Below are positions 61,639-64,000 of a stretch of DNA of 64,000 nt, in pieces. Position 1 is the stretch's first letter. Each line of letters starts with the position of its first letter. The stretch lies in IMG/VR virus record IMGVR_UViG_3300017706_002363. The stretch is one strand, 5' to 3'. The translations under genes were made by a program, and so were the position numbers. The stretch is from an uncultured virus (IMG/VR IMGVR_UViG_3300017706_002363) (lineage: Duplodnaviria > Heunggongvirae > Uroviricota > Caudoviricetes). Below the pieces are notes generated by a model that had not been told where the DNA came from, made no database searches, and worked only from the letters and a program-made list of their open reading frames with translations.

Positions 61639-61983
61639 ATGGCAAAATTTAATGATAGAAAATGGCGAAGAGAACTAATAGAACTTAGTGAAGGTGCTAG
61701 TCCTAAAGAAGGTGCAAGAAGACTTATTGATAAATTAGTACAATCAAAACTTCTTGATAAAAAGAACGAAAAGAAAGCAATAGATTTACTTACTTATTTA
61801 ATGGCTAGAGGAATACATGAAGGCAAATTAAATGAAGGTGTAAAAGAAAACATGCTTAAAGCAATTCCTGATTCTTATAATTATGACAAGTTGGCAAAAG
61901 ACGTTGCTGATATTATCAAAGAAGAGTATGGTTCTCATAATGTAAAACCTTTTATTAAATCTATTACAAAATATTTAAAATGA
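61639..61983 (+). CDS. Putative internal head protein
   Basis: Variant leader ending LSEG; internal IHEG and LNEG; C-terminal LA..VA.I.K.EYGSHN..PF. Confidence 0.6.
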   Translation: MAKFNDRKWRRELIELSEGASPKEGARRLIDKLVQSKLLDKKNEKKAIDLLTYLMARGIHEGKLNEGVKENMLKAIPDSYNYDKLAKDVADIIKEEYGSHNVKPFIKSITKYLK

Positions 61984-62378
61984 TTAAGCTAAAGGATATA
62001 CTATCAGAGGGATTGTCGACAAAAGATATACAATCGATAGTTAATGAGGTTTATCCTAAAGTAATAAAATATTTTGGTAAAAAAGGTTCTGTACCTAAAA
62101 TAGAAATACACAACAGCATATATGCAAGATTAAGTGGAGTTGAAGGTATGGTTGGCGAAGCCAATCCTCATGCAGAATATGACCACGAAAGAAATAAAAT
62201 ATATTTATATAAACCTAAGATGACAAACAGAGAACAAGTCATTAGGTCTATAATTCATGAATATACACACTCAAAACAAGACATAAGCAAAATAGAAAAA
62301 TACAGAAAGTTAGGATACAAAAAGAATCCTTTTGAAGTTGAAGCTCACAATGCAGAAAAACATTGGAGAAAATTTTAA
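61980..62378 (+). CDS. Zincin-like metallopeptidase (HExxH) with KLKDILxE leader
   Basis: MIKLKDILSEG; SIIHEYTH..Q; Y..NPFEVEA. Confidence 0.75.
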   Translation: MIKLKDILSEGLSTKDIQSIVNEVYPKVIKYFGKKGSVPKIEIHNSIYARLSGVEGMVGEANPHAEYDHERNKIYLYKPKMTNREQVIRSIIHEYTHSKQDISKIEKYRKLGYKKNPFEVEAHNAEKHWRKF

Positions 62379-62408
62379 TATGTGTAAGATTTTTATTATA
62401 TTAGTATT

Positions 62409-62939
62409 ATGATTAGACTAAAAGACATATTGACAGAAGGCAAAAAAGGAATGCTTAGTATATTTGATTTTGATGATACTATAGTAAAATCAGATTCATG
62501 GGTATATGTTAAAAAACCTGACGGTACTGAATATAAACTTGACGCTGCAGAGTTTGCACTTCATAAAGGACTTAAAGCAGGTGAACAATATGATTTTAGA
62601 GATTTTGATAGAAAATTAAGAAGTCCTAGACTTATAAAGAAAAATGCAGATTTGCTTCGCAAGCAATTAAAAAAAGGCGGACGAAAGGTTACGATACTTA
62701 CAGCAAGAAGACTTGGAGCACCAATAGGTCATTTTTTTAGAACAATAGGAATTGACCCTTATGTAGTTGCACTTGGAGATGGAAATCCTCAAAAGAAGGC
62801 AGACTATATTGAACGTGAAATCAAGAAAGGTTACGATCCGATATACTTTATGGACGACAGCCCTAAAAATATCAAAGCAGTCGACAAACTTAAGGTTAAA
62901 TATCCTCATATAACGATAGTAACATCACTGGTTAAATAG
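62409..62939 (+). CDS. HAD-superfamily phosphatase with RLKDILxE leader
   Basis: IFDFDDT, ILTAR, K, FMDDS..NI.AV. Confidence 0.8.
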   Translation: MIRLKDILTEGKKGMLSIFDFDDTIVKSDSWVYVKKPDGTEYKLDAAEFALHKGLKAGEQYDFRDFDRKLRSPRLIKKNADLLRKQLKKGGRKVTILTARRLGAPIGHFFRTIGIDPYVVALGDGNPQKKADYIEREIKKGYDPIYFMDDSPKNIKAVDKLKVKYPHITIVTSLVK

Positions 62940-63003
62940 CTGTTTGATATTTATATATAGGAAAATTAATAATTAAAAAAACCGTAAAGGTAGGGTATAT
63001 GTT

Positions 63004-63264
63004 ATGGCATGCTGCACTAAACGAAAAAAGCAAATATTCATAAAACAGGTAAAAGGATTCATGAGATCGATGTGGTTAAACATCAAATCAGGATTTAAAC
63101 ATGTTACATATGAAGAATACGAAGACAGATTGATGGTATGTCATGGCTGTCCTTTTTTAAATCACAAAGAAACACAGTGTACAGACTGTGGTTGTTATGT
63201 AAAAGTAAAAGCAAGATTAAAAGTTGAGGATTGTCCTCAAGGTTATTGGAAGAAATTAAGATGA
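63004..63264 (+). CDS. Cys-rich small protein (DUF6171-like)
   Basis: RL..C..CP......C..CGC....K.......CP.G.W. Confidence 0.7.
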   Translation: MACCTKRKKQIFIKQVKGFMRSMWLNIKSGFKHVTYEEYEDRLMVCHGCPFLNHKETQCTDCGCYVKVKARLKVEDCPQGYWKKLR

Positions 63265-63383
63265 AAATAGAAATTAAAAAATTAAATGACACAGAATATA
63301 TTATATATTTAATAGATGAGTCAGGACAAAAAATTAAAGCTAAAATAATAAAAGCAGATTTGCAAGATAAGATATGGGATTAA
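63261..63383 (+). CDS. Possible 40-aa hypothetical protein
   Basis: ATGA-coupled ORF MKIEIKKLNDTEYIIYLIDESG...; overlaps the next start. Confidence 0.4.
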   Translation: MKIEIKKLNDTEYIIYLIDESGQKIKAKIIKADLQDKIWD

Positions 63384-64000
63384 TACATTCTAATTTACAA
63401 GGAGTACCAGGACTAGGCTGTCAGTCGCCAGCAATTACATCTATACTTTTTGTAACTGCTGCAAATGCCGTATCGTTAGATGCTTCAGGTGCAGGTTCAT
63501 ATAATGCAGATAACAAAAGCTTTATAGAAGACAAGAAGATAAGATGTACATCAGAAGGAGTGTTAAAAAAGTTTACTCAAATTCATCAAGACGATGGAGT
63601 ATCTCTTCCTTCTGCAAATGCAAAGAATACTTCTACTCCTAATATAGATGTTAAAAGACCTAATTGTACATGTGCAAAGCTTACAGACTTAACAATAAAA
63701 CACCAACAGACGTCAGCAACACCATCCAATGTATACAGTATTACATTTGCAGATGGTTACAGTATTAAACTAGGAAAATATATATTTTTGCTTAAGATAG
63801 GAGCAAGCGGTTTAGAGTTTTCAAAAGTAGAAGACTTAACAACAAATGATTATATTGCAAAATGTGCAACACCAGGACGTACAGATGAAATCTCTGCAGG
63901 CTGTGTAAAAATAACAAGTATATCATCAAACGCTTCTGTTGATGCAGGAGAATATTTTGTAACTGAGCCAGAAACAGACTGGCCTCAAAGCCAATTTCCA
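63374..64000 (+). CDS. Protein running off the window end, with a degenerate Hint-like domain
   Basis: Open from ATG 63374 to the end. Contains VYSITFADGYSIKLGKYIFL...KVEDLTTNDYI...VKITSI. Confidence 0.6.
   Translation, partial: MGLIHSNLQGVPGLGCQSPAITSILFVTAANAVSLDASGAGSYNADNKSFIEDKKIRCTSEGVLKKFTQIHQDDGVSLPSANAKNTSTPNIDVKRPNCTCAKLTDLTIKHQQTSATPSNVYSITFADGYSIKLGKYIFLLKIGASGLEFSKVEDLTTNDYIAKCATPGRTDEISAGCVKITSISSNASVDAGEYFVTEPETDWPQSQFP

Overview
This is a 64-kb, AT-rich segment of a large T4-like (myovirus-type) phage genome. Essentially all genes are on the + strand and use the standard genetic code. The host is probably a member of the Bacteroidota: the window encodes two T9SS-sorting-domain proteins and carries Bacteroidota-like early promoters. 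Gene order: contractile tail module (sheath, tube, chaperone with a frameshifted extension, tape measure, baseplate); replication/repair genes (mini PolA, UvsE, gp32-like SSB, RecA, 5'-3' exonuclease, DnaB, class II RNR); a nucleotide-metabolism cluster around DnaE that looks like a DNA base-modification pathway; GroES/GroEL; a ~13-kb glycosylation island (WbpA/B/E/D/I-like set, heptose enzymes, several glycosyltransferases); a T9SS cargo/outer-membrane cassette; holin/endolysin; and a block of unrelated proteins sharing an N-terminal KLxDILxE leader. The most notable candidates are: (1) the DnaE-centred pyrimidine-modification cluster, (2) a ~220-nt expanded tRNA-like RNA, (3) a putative head-packaging/protease-cleavage leader on diverse cargo enzymes, (4) a +1/-2 frameshift in the tail chaperone, (5) phage-encoded T9SS substrates, and (6) a complete diacetamido-uronic acid pathway. 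All family calls come from motif recognition by eye; no searches were run.
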